A stretch of DNA of 63,922 bases, counting the filler, from an uncultured bacterium (GTDB lineage: Bacteria; CAYJOG01): NCBI GenBank assembly GCA_964371695.1. It is 9 parts of 9 records of this genome, joined end to end, with 100 filler letters (N's around TTAATTAATTAA, not from the genome) between each part and the next. Parts side by side here need not be neighbours in the genome. Positions count along the whole stretch, not along the records: positions 35,790 to 42,778 come from CAYJOG010000148.1; positions 42,879 to 49,830 come from CAYJOG010000149.1; 7 more parts are not named here. One strand, 5' to 3'. This document shows, one piece after another, positions 38,801 through 47,805 of the stretch (the stretch's first letter is position 1; each line of letters opens with the position of its first letter). The translations under genes were made by a program, and so were the position numbers. Under the pieces are notes generated by a model. That model searched no databases. It was not told where the DNA came from and saw only the letters and a list, made by a program, of their open reading frames with translations.

Positions 38801-41592
38801 GTTATCTCGTGGAAGTGTTCGACGAAACAGACAACCGCATGGTTGAGCAATCTGCGGTCAGCGCCGAGGCCTTTTCTCTCGGATTTACCCAGTTTGACCA
38901 GCATGTTTACCGCTGGCAGGTCAAAGCCCTCAATTCGCAGGTCACCAGCGAGGTGAGTACACCGCTGAAGTTCAAGGTGGTGTTTGTGGATGAAGGGGCC
39001 ATTGTGCCCGCAGTGGAACAATTGGTGGGGGTGCCCGACAGCATCAAACGCACTGTCACCCTCACCTGGAACAAGGTCAACGACGCCAGCGTGACCAAAT
39101 ATCAGATCCTGCGGTCTGTTGACCAGAATCCCTCGAACTTTGACGTGGTGGGTGAACTGCCCCAGGTCACCGCCACCACCCTCACCTTTGTGGATGAGGG
39201 CCTGACCGGCGACACCACCTATTACTACAAGGTCTTCGCCATCACTTCCACCGGCGGCCAGAGTCCCGACCCCACCGGCGGGCCGGTGAAGGCGAAAATC
39301 GAACTGGTCGCGCCGTTTTACGAAAACCCGCCCAACTTCTCCAATATCGCCGATGCCCAGCCCACGCTGGCCTGGACCCCGGTGAGCGGCGCGGTGCGTT
39401 ATCTGGTGCAGGTGGCCAAGGTGAACCAGGAGTTCACCAGTGAGGACAACATCATCTGGAGCGCCGTGACCGACGACACCTCCATCCAGTTCGGCGACCC
39501 TGCGTTTCCTGCGCCCACCTCGGAACTGGCCAACAACCCCTGCCAGAGCGGCTGCGCCCGCGACGCCCACAAATGGCGCGTGGGGGCCATCGGCAACAAC
39601 ACCACCACGGCGGTGTTCCGCACACCCATCCTGTTCTACAAATACCTCCCCAACCCCGTGCCGGTCACGCCCCTGGGTCAGGGCACCAATGTCACCAACT
39701 TGCCCCAGTTCACCGATCCCACGCCTCTGCTGCAATGGAAGGCCGTGAGCGGCGCGGTGAATTACATCGTGCGGGTCTGCGAAGGCTCCGGCAAATGCGG
39801 CAAGGGCAAAAACATCCTTTGGGAATCCACCGTGGCGATCACCTCGGTGGATTACAACGCGGACACCACCGGTCAGGCCCTGAAAAACTGCGCCATTGTG
39901 GCTAACGTGTGTACGGACGGCATCGGCATTTACACGTGGCAGGTGCGGGCGGTGGACGCCAACGGCGTCATCAGCGATCTGGACTGGGAGCAGGATTCCA
40001 GCGTGCCCTACAACACGTTTGTCAAAGTCAGCCCGGCTCCCCCCACGCTGCTGATTCCGGCAGAAGATGAAATCGTGCTGCCTGACCCCAACGACACCTG
40101 TTTTGACCCGGAGGACCCCACCTCCTGCACCTACAACGTCAAGTACGTGTGGGGTTCATCCGTTGGCGCGTCAAACTACATCATCCGGGTGCGTGAAGAA
40201 GACAACGAGGGTAATTTCACAGTCATCTGGCAGGCCACGGTGGGTTGCTGCGAGGTGGATTTTGCCGGGGGCGGCAGCCTGCGGCCTCTTAAGGCGGGCA
40301 CACGATATACCTGGAACGTGGCCGCTGTGGTGTCGGGCGAGGACGCCGCCGTTGAGTTCGCTTCAGACAACGAGCGTGGTTTTGTCACCGGCGTGCATTT
40401 CCCTGTGCCGAACACGCCGGTGGACAATTCCCTGGCGATTCTCAACGACGGCAAGCTGACGGTGAACTTCACCTGGGCCAAAGTGGCCGGGGCCACGGCC
40501 TATGACATCGAAATTCTCAACGTGACCCAAAATGTGAACCTCACCAGCATCAACACCGACCCAGACAAAAAATGTAATCCGCTGGGCGCGGCGCAGGTGG
40601 GCAATTACCTGCGGGTCAATCTGCCCACTTTTATCTGCACCGTGGCCACCAGCGTGGTGGGGCCCTTTGACGGCGACGTGATTCGCTGGAAGGTGCGGGC
40701 GGTGGATTCCCTCACCGTGCCCAACGCCACAGGCAATCCTGGTCCGTGGTCTGAAACCCGCCTGTTCAAGGTGGGTGTGAACGGCCCCGTTCTGGCGTCG
40801 CCCCCCAACAGCGCCGAAGGCGTGACCGACCCCGCCCAGATGCAGTGGATTCTTTACCGCGACACGCCTTTTTACTGGAGCCCGATTCCCGATGACCCGG
40901 CGGCGCGTTATCTGTTTGTGGTGTCCGATGACCCCAGCTTCCTGAACGTCATCTGGGTGCAGCAGGGCACGGCCACACCCGCCACGGTGCCGTTCAACAT
41001 CACCACGGGCCAGAACGGCACGCCGGTGGTCACGGGCTACACCCCCCACATCAGCGGCCTCAGGCTGCCCATGGTCAACGGCGTGACTTATTACTGGCGG
41101 GCGGCGGCCTGCCCCAGCGGCATTGCTGCAGCGGGTGACTGCGGCGACCGCAACGCCATCAACTGGATTTATTCCCCCACCTTCCGGGTGTACAAACGGC
41201 CCCAGGGTGTGGACGGGGTGGGCACGGCGGTGGTGGCGGCAGACGCAACCGGCCAGAACTACACCGTCACCCTTTCCTGGGATCCGCCAAAAGATTTCAA
41301 CGGCGATGTGGCCACCCCGGACAGTTCCGTGCCCGCTATTCCCCCCACCGCCGGTGGTTACGTGGTGAGCAACACCTGCACCGGCATTGAAAACGGTGTA
41401 TTAACTGAGGGAATTTCCACCACCGACAACAACACAACACAAGTCACCTTCAGTTATGCCTGTGGCTCCACAGACACCTATCTTTGTGTCCAGGTGATGG
41501 ATGACAGTCGGCTGGCGGGTTACATCGGGGCCACTTCTCCCATTGCCACCGTTCCTTTTTCCATTCCCGCCTGTCCAGAGGCGACACCGTAA
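35821..41592 (+). CDS. 1923-aa exported protein: CsgG/FlgT-like N-terminus, hydrophobic helix, ZU5-like domain, multiple FN3/Ig-like repeats
   Basis: Signal-like N-terminus; repeated P.L..P...P.F.W..V.GA..Y...Y.W.V.A units; many Cys pairs; domain names assigned by eye. Confidence 0.75.
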   Translation: MVPRLRRPNTSRRGLTCLAAFLAVFFVGAGRALAALPGAIEGRVAVGSVEVRTDNQWVDHRKLTSEALQESLTRLGLFTDVVPMAKVAEKTPAVPSEEELYGAVKSLGADYVVRSVVRDVVENPQTGQVYVETETRLLDARSRDLVGWSMVRGASTQKLGGFKGDKSLLVQEAAFNAAEHAVREIKQSVKLTGTVSIANTRDNEVVFITLAEVNTVKAGSFVGIYDENGEKIAHLEVADAGIAQVSGTLRDRKPGATVRPGMSVRVEYIPSTTFEEFKTVAEKFIPKKKKGGGSLMGILGLGAVAVLLGIGQNKKDAASGEQAKIVGKVSCSNCAPGAAGASVTIPSTANNVVQPTISQASSYPPLPSSQFINQASSVFDFKPDGLQFNTNVTLSLGYKDDDKNGCVDGRTDVNDVTVTDGDAVGCVNITSLQLYTFDPNQQLWVPVETSSTVTSGSDTRVTAPVNHFSFYVILENEAPEPPDSPRNPSISCTTADEGTLLWTASNDPNVRSYNVYECTSLTGGCGTSPIATGLPVNPPRYVVGGFNATDNRYFAVSAVDLNGQESAKSVIAVGSAAKCRPVTTPILVVPANGDRIQVVVEDNEESQTTNPTLAVEFVFKGHSDNQNGYLLEVFHISLATTEQPLEVKTLFNATQIESAGAGTSANSESVEVVYKYIYQLTGPILNQTFEWRVCNLDASDSCITDDSPAWTSPNRFKVASANLEQECKPEDFGTPAPVSPADGSVITFPEPMFQWGDVLGADTYEITVKNPSGALVWSEITTGVVAVFDTSVNTLNNGTTYSWTVKARGTGGCESTSDAFFFKKEDPNDVEVRPNPPVWAAAPITGGNQLAVLRWLPNASGDNVTSYMIYRLLADGNGTVDLASFQNEQVNILTEVQVSQLNAVSSNPNCPQSTQQAPVFCDESVTNGRKYFYVLRAKSTNDQLSLPSGYESIQLGLQRPVLVSPGGVLPIEFQVQPGGQTVNFVIQTVNGAESYLVEVFDETDNRMVEQSAVSAEAFSLGFTQFDQHVYRWQVKALNSQVTSEVSTPLKFKVVFVDEGAIVPAVEQLVGVPDSIKRTVTLTWNKVNDASVTKYQILRSVDQNPSNFDVVGELPQVTATTLTFVDEGLTGDTTYYYKVFAITSTGGQSPDPTGGPVKAKIELVAPFYENPPNFSNIADAQPTLAWTPVSGAVRYLVQVAKVNQEFTSEDNIIWSAVTDDTSIQFGDPAFPAPTSELANNPCQSGCARDAHKWRVGAIGNNTTTAVFRTPILFYKYLPNPVPVTPLGQGTNVTNLPQFTDPTPLLQWKAVSGAVNYIVRVCEGSGKCGKGKNILWESTVAITSVDYNADTTGQALKNCAIVANVCTDGIGIYTWQVRAVDANGVISDLDWEQDSSVPYNTFVKVSPAPPTLLIPAEDEIVLPDPNDTCFDPEDPTSCTYNVKYVWGSSVGASNYIIRVREEDNEGNFTVIWQATVGCCEVDFAGGGSLRPLKAGTRYTWNVAAVVSGEDAAVEFASDNERGFVTGVHFPVPNTPVDNSLAILNDGKLTVNFTWAKVAGATAYDIEILNVTQNVNLTSINTDPDKKCNPLGAAQVGNYLRVNLPTFICTVATSVVGPFDGDVIRWKVRAVDSLTVPNATGNPGPWSETRLFKVGVNGPVLASPPNSAEGVTDPAQMQWILYRDTPFYWSPIPDDPAARYLFVVSDDPSFLNVIWVQQGTATPATVPFNITTGQNGTPVVTGYTPHISGLRLPMVNGVTYYWRAAACPSGIAAAGDCGDRNAINWIYSPTFRVYKRPQGVDGVGTAVVAADATGQNYTVTLSWDPPKDFNGDVATPDSSVPAIPPTAGGYVVSNTCTGIENGVLTEGISTTDNNTTQVTFSYACGSTDTYLCVQVMDDSRLAGYIGATSPIATVPFSIPACPEATP

Positions 41593-41598
41593 ACCGCC

Positions 41599-42778
41599 GT
41601 GGGCCTTGGGTGGTCTCACCGAAAAAAAAAGCTTCCTGACGGGTTGAGCCGGGTCAGGCCGGTTTTTGGCCTGCTGGTGTTTCTGGGGGTGCTTTTTACG
41701 CCTCCAGCCAGGGCCATCAAAAGTGGTCTGGATCTGGACATCACGGGCACCTATGTGGTTTACATTGTCGAGGCCCGCACCTTTCAGGCCACCGAAAAAG
41801 CCCGCCTGCTGCTGCCCACGCTCACCATCACCGCAGACAGCATGACGGTGGACCTGCAACAGCGGGGCCTGAAGGCCATTGGCGACGTGGTGGTGGAGCC
41901 GGCTTATTCCCTGAGTGTTGGTCTTTCTGGTGTAAAAACCCTGGAGGGCGACACCCTCTATTACGAGTTGGACACCGTAGAAGGCAGCCTCTACCAGTTC
42001 ACCGACACCGGCCTCAGCCGTCAGTTGTTTCATGGCCAGGGAATGGAAGAGGTCGCCTCTATCCGCAGCGGCGTGGAGCGTTTCAGTTTTGTAGCCAACA
42101 CGGCGCTCAGCCCCATCAATTTTGTGGGCAACCGGGTGCGGGTAGAGGAAGACGGCAACTTTCAGGCCTGGAACGTGGCCGTTTATGTCAAGGGCAACAA
42201 GGCCATGTCGGTGCCCTATTACAACAGTGACGCCAAAACCGCCGGGGCCACCGGGTTTGCGCTGAACCGCGTGGATTTCGACAGCCGCAGCAAGTGGAAT
42301 CTGGGGGGGCATTTCCGCTACAAAAAAAACGGGCGCTTCCGGGGGCGATTCACCTGGGGTTATCGCAGCACGGGTTACCAGAAATACACCCTGGGCCTCA
42401 GCCAGAACTTCGCCCTGAACAAAAAGATATCGGGCGTGCTGGACATGACCGGACTGGGCGAGGCCGAGCGCACTTACCGGGCCTCAATCAACGCGTCGCT
42501 TTCGCGCATCTCCCGCATGACAGTGGGCCTCACCAAGCCAGAAGAAGGCCGCCTCAGCACCTCGCTGGACTGGTCCCGCTTTGCCAACCGAACCGACCAG
42601 CAACTCACCTGGGACAACGCCTCTGGCCTGCGCAACACCAGCCTGCGCTGGGGGCTTCGGGCGCAGCACCTCAAGCGCCTGGGGGTGGGGTATGACCTGC
42701 GCATCAATCTGAACGACCGGCAATATGGCGGTGCCAGCGATGGCCTGCGGGGAGACCTCTCCACCAACTGGTACAAAT
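41599..42778 (+). CDS. Putative outer-membrane protein with OstA/LptD-like N-terminus (3' truncated)
   Basis: Signal peptide, ITADSM.VD....LKAIGDV, LEGDTLYYELDT, then amphipathic beta strands. Confidence 0.5.
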
Positions 42779-42905
42779 NNNNNNNNNNNNNNNNNNNNNN
42801 NNNNNNNNNNNNNNNNNNNNNNTTAATTAATTAANNNNNNNNNNNNNNNNNNNNNNNNNNNNNNNNNNNNNNNNNNNNAAAATGGTTTTTGTGTTTTTGT
42901 TTCAA

Positions 42906-42932
42906 CTGGATTCCCGCTTTCGCGGGAATGAC
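42906..42932. repeat. Family A palindrome at the contig start
   Basis: CTGGATTCCCGCTTTCGCGGGAATGAC, identical to 4945 and 21395. Confidence 0.9.
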
Positions 42933-43062
42933 GCCAGGGGGGCAAACTTGGCGCATCGTTCAAAACATTGTCTTTTGGTGTTCCGAAAAAATTTCAGAAA
43001 CACGTCTTGTGGCTGAAGGGGGTTTTTGCCACACTCTGTGCGTGCCTCCTGATGAACGCGTG

Positions 43063-44436
43063 ATGAACAAAGGTTTGTGGCTGCCCCGTCGGTGGGGCGG
43101 GGGGCAGGCATCGCCACGGCTCTTTCTTTGGGCTGCCATGGCGGCAGCGGCGGCCACGCCTGCTCTGGCGTTTGTCGGTTTTGTGACGATTGCGCCCCGC
43201 GAAAAAGTCAGCGCCCTGGTGTATAACGCCGCCGACCTCACGCTGGTGCGCGACACCCGCCGTGTGGTGTTCAAACAGGGTGAAAACAGCTTGCGTTATG
43301 AATGGGCCAACACGCTCATCGACCCCACCTCGCTCATGCCTTTTGCGCCCCCCGGCGTGCGCCTGAAAAACACCACCTATCCGCTGAACGAAGGGGAGTC
43401 TCTGGTGTGGAACTTTGACAGTCCGCGCCAGGTGGCGGGCAAGCTGGCGGTGCAGTATTTCACCAGCGGCCTGAGCTGGCGGGCTGATCATGTCGCCGTG
43501 CTCACCGGCCCTGGCACAGCTCGCCTGGAAACCTGGGTGAAGGTGAACAACCACACCGGCGAAGACTTCGACACCACGGCATTTTCGCTGGTGGTGGGCG
43601 AGGTGCGGCTGATTGAAACCATCCGCGAGCTGGCCTACCGCTTCAAACCCCGGCCCCCAGAGGCCGTGCCCGCGCCGTCTCCCGGCGCAGGCGAATACAT
43701 GGACCTGATGAAGTCCATGGATCGCAAGGAGAAATCCGCCCCCCGCATGGCCAACGGCCACAGTTATGCCCGCAACGGTGCGGAAAAACCCAAAGAGGTC
43801 ACACGCGAATCCCTCAGCGAGTTGCACGTTTACCGCATTGAAGGCACCGAGAGTGTGCCCACCGGCGGGGCGCGGCGCATGAGGGCGTTTGACGTGCCCA
43901 GCATCAAGGTGATTGACACCTACCGCTGCGTGGACCCGGATGAAGACACCGCCGCCCAGCGGGTGCTCACCTTCGAGAATAAAAAAGACAACCACCTGGG
44001 TGTGCAGCCATTGCCCGAAGGGATGTTGCAGCTTTTCCGCAGCACCAGCGGCGGGCTGACCTATGAAGGCCGGGGCAACCTGCCCTATACCCCCATGGGC
44101 GAAAAAGCCGAAACACCCTTGGGCTACACACCGGGCGTGGCCTGCCGGGCCATCACCAAAAACACGTGGAAAGACAAGATCAAAAAAGACATCCTGGGGC
44201 GCATCATCGGCTGGGAAGATGTGCGGAAAATCGAACTGACACTGCTGAACGGCGCGGGACAGACCGCCGCCTTTGAGGTGCGCCAGCATTTTTCGGCCCC
44301 CTTCTCTTTCAACCTCACCGGCGCGAACAAAGAAGACATGGACACGCTGCTTTATAAAACCAGCCTCAGCGCCCGGCAGAAAAAATCGGTGACTTATGAA
44401 GTGCGCGAGCGCCAAGGTGTGCTGGCAGAGGAATAG
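43063..44436 (+). CDS. DUF4139-like exported protein (paralog 1)
   Basis: YN..DLTLVRDTR, IDPTSL, YFTSGLSWRAD, NHTGEDF, N...N.LG.QPLPEG. Confidence 0.75.
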   Translation: MNKGLWLPRRWGGGQASPRLFLWAAMAAAAATPALAFVGFVTIAPREKVSALVYNAADLTLVRDTRRVVFKQGENSLRYEWANTLIDPTSLMPFAPPGVRLKNTTYPLNEGESLVWNFDSPRQVAGKLAVQYFTSGLSWRADHVAVLTGPGTARLETWVKVNNHTGEDFDTTAFSLVVGEVRLIETIRELAYRFKPRPPEAVPAPSPGAGEYMDLMKSMDRKEKSAPRMANGHSYARNGAEKPKEVTRESLSELHVYRIEGTESVPTGGARRMRAFDVPSIKVIDTYRCVDPDEDTAAQRVLTFENKKDNHLGVQPLPEGMLQLFRSTSGGLTYEGRGNLPYTPMGEKAETPLGYTPGVACRAITKNTWKDKIKKDILGRIIGWEDVRKIELTLLNGAGQTAAFEVRQHFSAPFSFNLTGANKEDMDTLLYKTSLSARQKKSVTYEVRERQGVLAEE

Positions 44437-44583
44437 AAAAAAGTAAGAAAGTTTGAAGAGGGAAGTCGGAAGCTGAAAATTTTTTTGGTGGGGCAGGCAT
44501 CTTGCCTGTCTGAAAAGAAAAAAGTTTTTTGTTGGACACAGGCGGGGACGCCTGCGCCACGCACAAAATCTCAAGGAGACCCA

Positions 44584-45960
44584 ATGCCGTTCAAACAAAA
44601 ATCAACCAGAGCACCGGTTCGCCGCTGGGCGCTGCCGGTGGGCCTCAGCGCCCTGGGCCTGTGCGCCAGTGCGGCGGCGTTTGTGGGGTTTGTCACCATC
44701 GCCGAACGCGAAAAGGTGGCCGTGAGCATCTACAACAGCGAAGACCTCACGCTGGTGCGCGACACCCGCCGCGTGGTGATGCGACAGGGGCCGAACGACC
44801 TGCGTTATGAATGGGCGGGCACACTCATCGACCCCACCTCGCTGCGCCCCTTCGCCCCGGCGGGCGTCACGCTCAAAGACACCACCTATCCGCTGAACGA
44901 AGGCCAGTCGCTGGTGTGGCGGTTCAACGCCATCAAGCAGGTGGCCGGGGCGCTCACGCTGCAATACTTCACCAGCGGCCTGAGCTGGCGGGCCGATCAC
45001 GTGGCCATTCTCACCGCCCCCGGCAAGGTGCGGCTGGAGACCTGGGTGAAGGTGAACAACCAGAGCGGCGAAGATTACACCGGCACGCACTTCCGCCTGG
45101 TGGTGGGTCAGGTGCGGCTGGTGGAGCGCATCCGCGAACTGGCAGAGCGGTTTCAGCAGGAGGCCGAGGGTTATGGTCGGCGCGACGCCGCCAAGGGCGT
45201 GTTGTATGACATGGAAGAAGAAGCCGACGAAGCCATGCCCATGGCCGCGACCGAAGCCTTTGATGGCGCATCCACGGGAGGGTCTTATGCCAAGTCCGCA
45301 TCCCGCGAAAAAAATGTGGAACGCGAGAGCCTGAGCGAGTTGCACCTTTACAGCATCGAGGGCACCGAAAGCGTGCCCCACGGCGGGGCGCGGCGCATGA
45401 GGGCCTTCAAAAACGAAGGCATTTCCGTGCGCGACGTGTATCGCTGCACACCCGGCGAATTCACCCCCGCCGAGCGTGTGTTGTCGTTTCATAACACCGA
45501 AGACAACAAGCTGGGCGCGCAGCCATTGCCCGAAGGCGTGTTGCAGCTTTTCCGCAGCACCAGCGCGGGGTTGACCTATGAAGGCCGGGGCGACATGCCC
45601 TATACCCCCAAGGGCGAAGAAGCCGAAACCCCCCTGGGCCGCACACCCGGCGTGGTCTGCAAGGGGCTGGTGAAAAACGTGTGGAAAGACGACATCGAAA
45701 AAGACGACCTGGGGCGCATCACCGGCTGGCGCGACGTGGCGAAATACGAAGTCGCCCTCATCAACGGCGCGGGGTCTGAGGCCCATTTTGAAATGCGGCA
45801 ATATCACGACAACGGTTTCAAAACCACGCTCGGCGGCGCTGTCAAAGAAGACGTGCGCACGCTGCTCTACAAAATCACCGTGCCTGCACGGGGCAAAAAA
45901 ACGCTCACCTACACCGTGGCCACGCCCAGGGGCACCCTGGCCGAAAAAGAGGGGAAATAA
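44584..45960 (+). CDS. DUF4139-like exported protein (paralog 2)
   Basis: Colinear with, and highly similar to, paralog 1; RBS AAGGAG. Confidence 0.75.
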   Translation: MPFKQKSTRAPVRRWALPVGLSALGLCASAAAFVGFVTIAEREKVAVSIYNSEDLTLVRDTRRVVMRQGPNDLRYEWAGTLIDPTSLRPFAPAGVTLKDTTYPLNEGQSLVWRFNAIKQVAGALTLQYFTSGLSWRADHVAILTAPGKVRLETWVKVNNQSGEDYTGTHFRLVVGQVRLVERIRELAERFQQEAEGYGRRDAAKGVLYDMEEEADEAMPMAATEAFDGASTGGSYAKSASREKNVERESLSELHLYSIEGTESVPHGGARRMRAFKNEGISVRDVYRCTPGEFTPAERVLSFHNTEDNKLGAQPLPEGVLQLFRSTSAGLTYEGRGDMPYTPKGEEAETPLGRTPGVVCKGLVKNVWKDDIEKDDLGRITGWRDVAKYEVALINGAGSEAHFEMRQYHDNGFKTTLGGAVKEDVRTLLYKITVPARGKKTLTYTVATPRGTLAEKEGK

Positions 45961-45963
45961 ACC

Positions 45964-47151
45964 ATGAACAACCAATCTTCCAACCGCCGTTTTCTGGGGG
46001 CCGCCCTGGCCGCCGCCGCCCTGGCTTCGCCACTCGCCGCCCAGGCCCGCACGGCGCTCACACCCGCGCCGGTGCGTGAAAACGCCACGCTGCAACTCAG
46101 CACCAACGGTTATCACCTCGTCAACGAAAAACGCACCGTGGGCCTTCTCAAGGGCACCAATCTGGTGAGCTTCAGTTGGAAAAACGTGAGCATTGACGAC
46201 GGCAGTCTCATCCTCACGCCGCTGGATCACCAGGACAGCGTGCGGCTCATCGGCCTCACCTATCCCCCCGGCGAAAGCGGCGCGGTGCTGGCGGAGATTT
46301 ATGCCGATGAAGACACGGTGGCCACGTTTCGTGTGAGTTACCTGCTCTCGGCGCTGGAGCTGGACAACAGTTTTACCGGCGTGGTGGAGAACGACGGCAA
46401 AACGTGGCAACTGGAGCGCGAAGGCACGGTGTTCAACCGCAGCGGCGAGCGGTTTGAAAACGTGGCCGTGAACCTGGGCGGCGGCCTGGATTACACCGGC
46501 CGACTGGATTATCCCGAAGGCCGCAAGGTGAGCCGCCAGACACCGGCGGGCCAGAAGCTGAACAAGCGCTATCGCCTCACGCTTTATCCCATGCCCTGGG
46601 TGGGCGGCGCGCCCCAGCCCATCAGCCCGGAGCTTTTGTATCTGGTGAAAAACGACGAGGCCATCAACCCCGCCAAAGAGGTGTTGCCCACGGGCAAGCT
46701 GCGGCTGTTCCAGCTCGACAAACAGGGGTCGCAGGCGTTTACCGGAGAAGACCGGCTGGCGCCGCTGGCCCACGGCGAAACCGCCGAGGTGCGCATCAGC
46801 ACCGGCAAGGACATCCGTGTGAAGTGGTTTCTGGATGAAGACAAGGAGCGCAACATCACCAAGGCCCGTTACAGCCGCACCGAGCCGGATGCCATGACGG
46901 TGCGGGCCGACCGCTATCAGAAATACCGCCTGGAACTCAAAAACTTCAAAGAGGAAGCCACCGAGGTGTGGGTCACCATTCCGGCCAGTTATCACACCGG
47001 CCTGAAGGTGCTCAGCAGCACCCACCCCGCCGAGGTGGAAAAAGCCCACACCGGCGGCGTGACGGTGAAAATCTCTCTGCCGCCCGGCGGCAAAGAGGTG
47101 AAGTCCGTGGTGGAAATCCTGTATCCCGATTACGTCTTCCGCACGCGGTAA
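45964..47151 (+). CDS. Divergent DUF4139-like protein with twin-arginine-type signal
   Basis: SNRRFLGAALAAAALASPLAAQA; LV.EKR.V.L.KG.N...FSW, N.SGE.F, LP.GK.RLF. Confidence 0.65.
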   Translation: MNNQSSNRRFLGAALAAAALASPLAAQARTALTPAPVRENATLQLSTNGYHLVNEKRTVGLLKGTNLVSFSWKNVSIDDGSLILTPLDHQDSVRLIGLTYPPGESGAVLAEIYADEDTVATFRVSYLLSALELDNSFTGVVENDGKTWQLEREGTVFNRSGERFENVAVNLGGGLDYTGRLDYPEGRKVSRQTPAGQKLNKRYRLTLYPMPWVGGAPQPISPELLYLVKNDEAINPAKEVLPTGKLRLFQLDKQGSQAFTGEDRLAPLAHGETAEVRISTGKDIRVKWFLDEDKERNITKARYSRTEPDAMTVRADRYQKYRLELKNFKEEATEVWVTIPASYHTGLKVLSSTHPAEVEKAHTGGVTVKISLPPGGKEVKSVVEILYPDYVFRTR

Positions 47152-47173
47152 GTGTGGGAGTTGGGAGCAGGAA

Positions 47174-47492
47174 GCGGGAATCCAGATCAAAACAAAAACC
47201 ACCTTATTCCCCTCTCCCCGTAAAGGGGAGAGGGTGGTTTCTGCCGTAGCGCAGCGCAGGCAGAAACCGGGTGAGGGGTTTAACAGAAAGCAAAAAACCA
47301 AACAGAGGTTTGTGCTTTTTATTTGAACTCCGGCTGTTTCGCGCTTCGCGCTCAGGCAGGCGAGACGCCCGCCCTACTAGTTCGCGCCGCTGGGCGCGCC
47401 CGGCAGCATCAATATGCTGCCGCATCCCCAAAAGACCACCCGCGCCCATTATCCGACCTGCGGCCACCTTCTCCCCGTAAAGGGGAGAAGGG
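47174..47492. repeat. Repeat cluster: half A + B + inverted [B-D-C]
   Basis: Reverse complement of ~47326-47492 aligns end to end with 20420-20584. Confidence 0.88.
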
Positions 47493-47549
47493 AACGACGA
47501 TCCATTTTCCCACCTTCCTGCTTCCTTCTTTCATCCCCCCCGCCCTTTT

Positions 47550-47578
47550 TTGACACCACCTGCCGCAGTGCCTATCCT
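47550..47578 (+). promoter_or_regulatory. Sigma70-type promoter for tRNA-His/hisS
   Basis: TTGACA-17 nt-TATCCT, 17 nt before the tRNA. Confidence 0.65.
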
Positions 47579-47595
47579 CTTCTAGTCTTAAAGAT

Positions 47596-47670
47596 GGCGG
47601 GTGTAGCTCAGGTGGTTAGAGCACTGGATTGTGGTTCCAGGGGTCGTGGGTTCGAGTCCCATCATCCGCC
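47596..47670 (+). tRNA. tRNA-His(GUG)
   Basis: Cloverleaf with G-1:C73, acceptor GCGGGTG/CATCCGC, anticodon arm CTGGA-TTGTGGT-TCCAG, T-loop TTCGAGT. Confidence 0.97.
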
Positions 47671-47805
47671 CCCAAGCGTTGGTCTTGAGTGATACCGCCT
47701 GAAAGCAAGGCTTATGAAACGAAGGTCCGTTCCCGATAATCCCCAAACCGGTTCTGCCGCCGCGTCTGCGCAGGTCACCCCAGCCCTTCCTGCCGGGTCA
47801 ACGCC

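Noticed and set aside
47596-47700. tRNA-His as an integration site
   Set aside because: No integrase and no duplicated tRNA 3' end on this contig.
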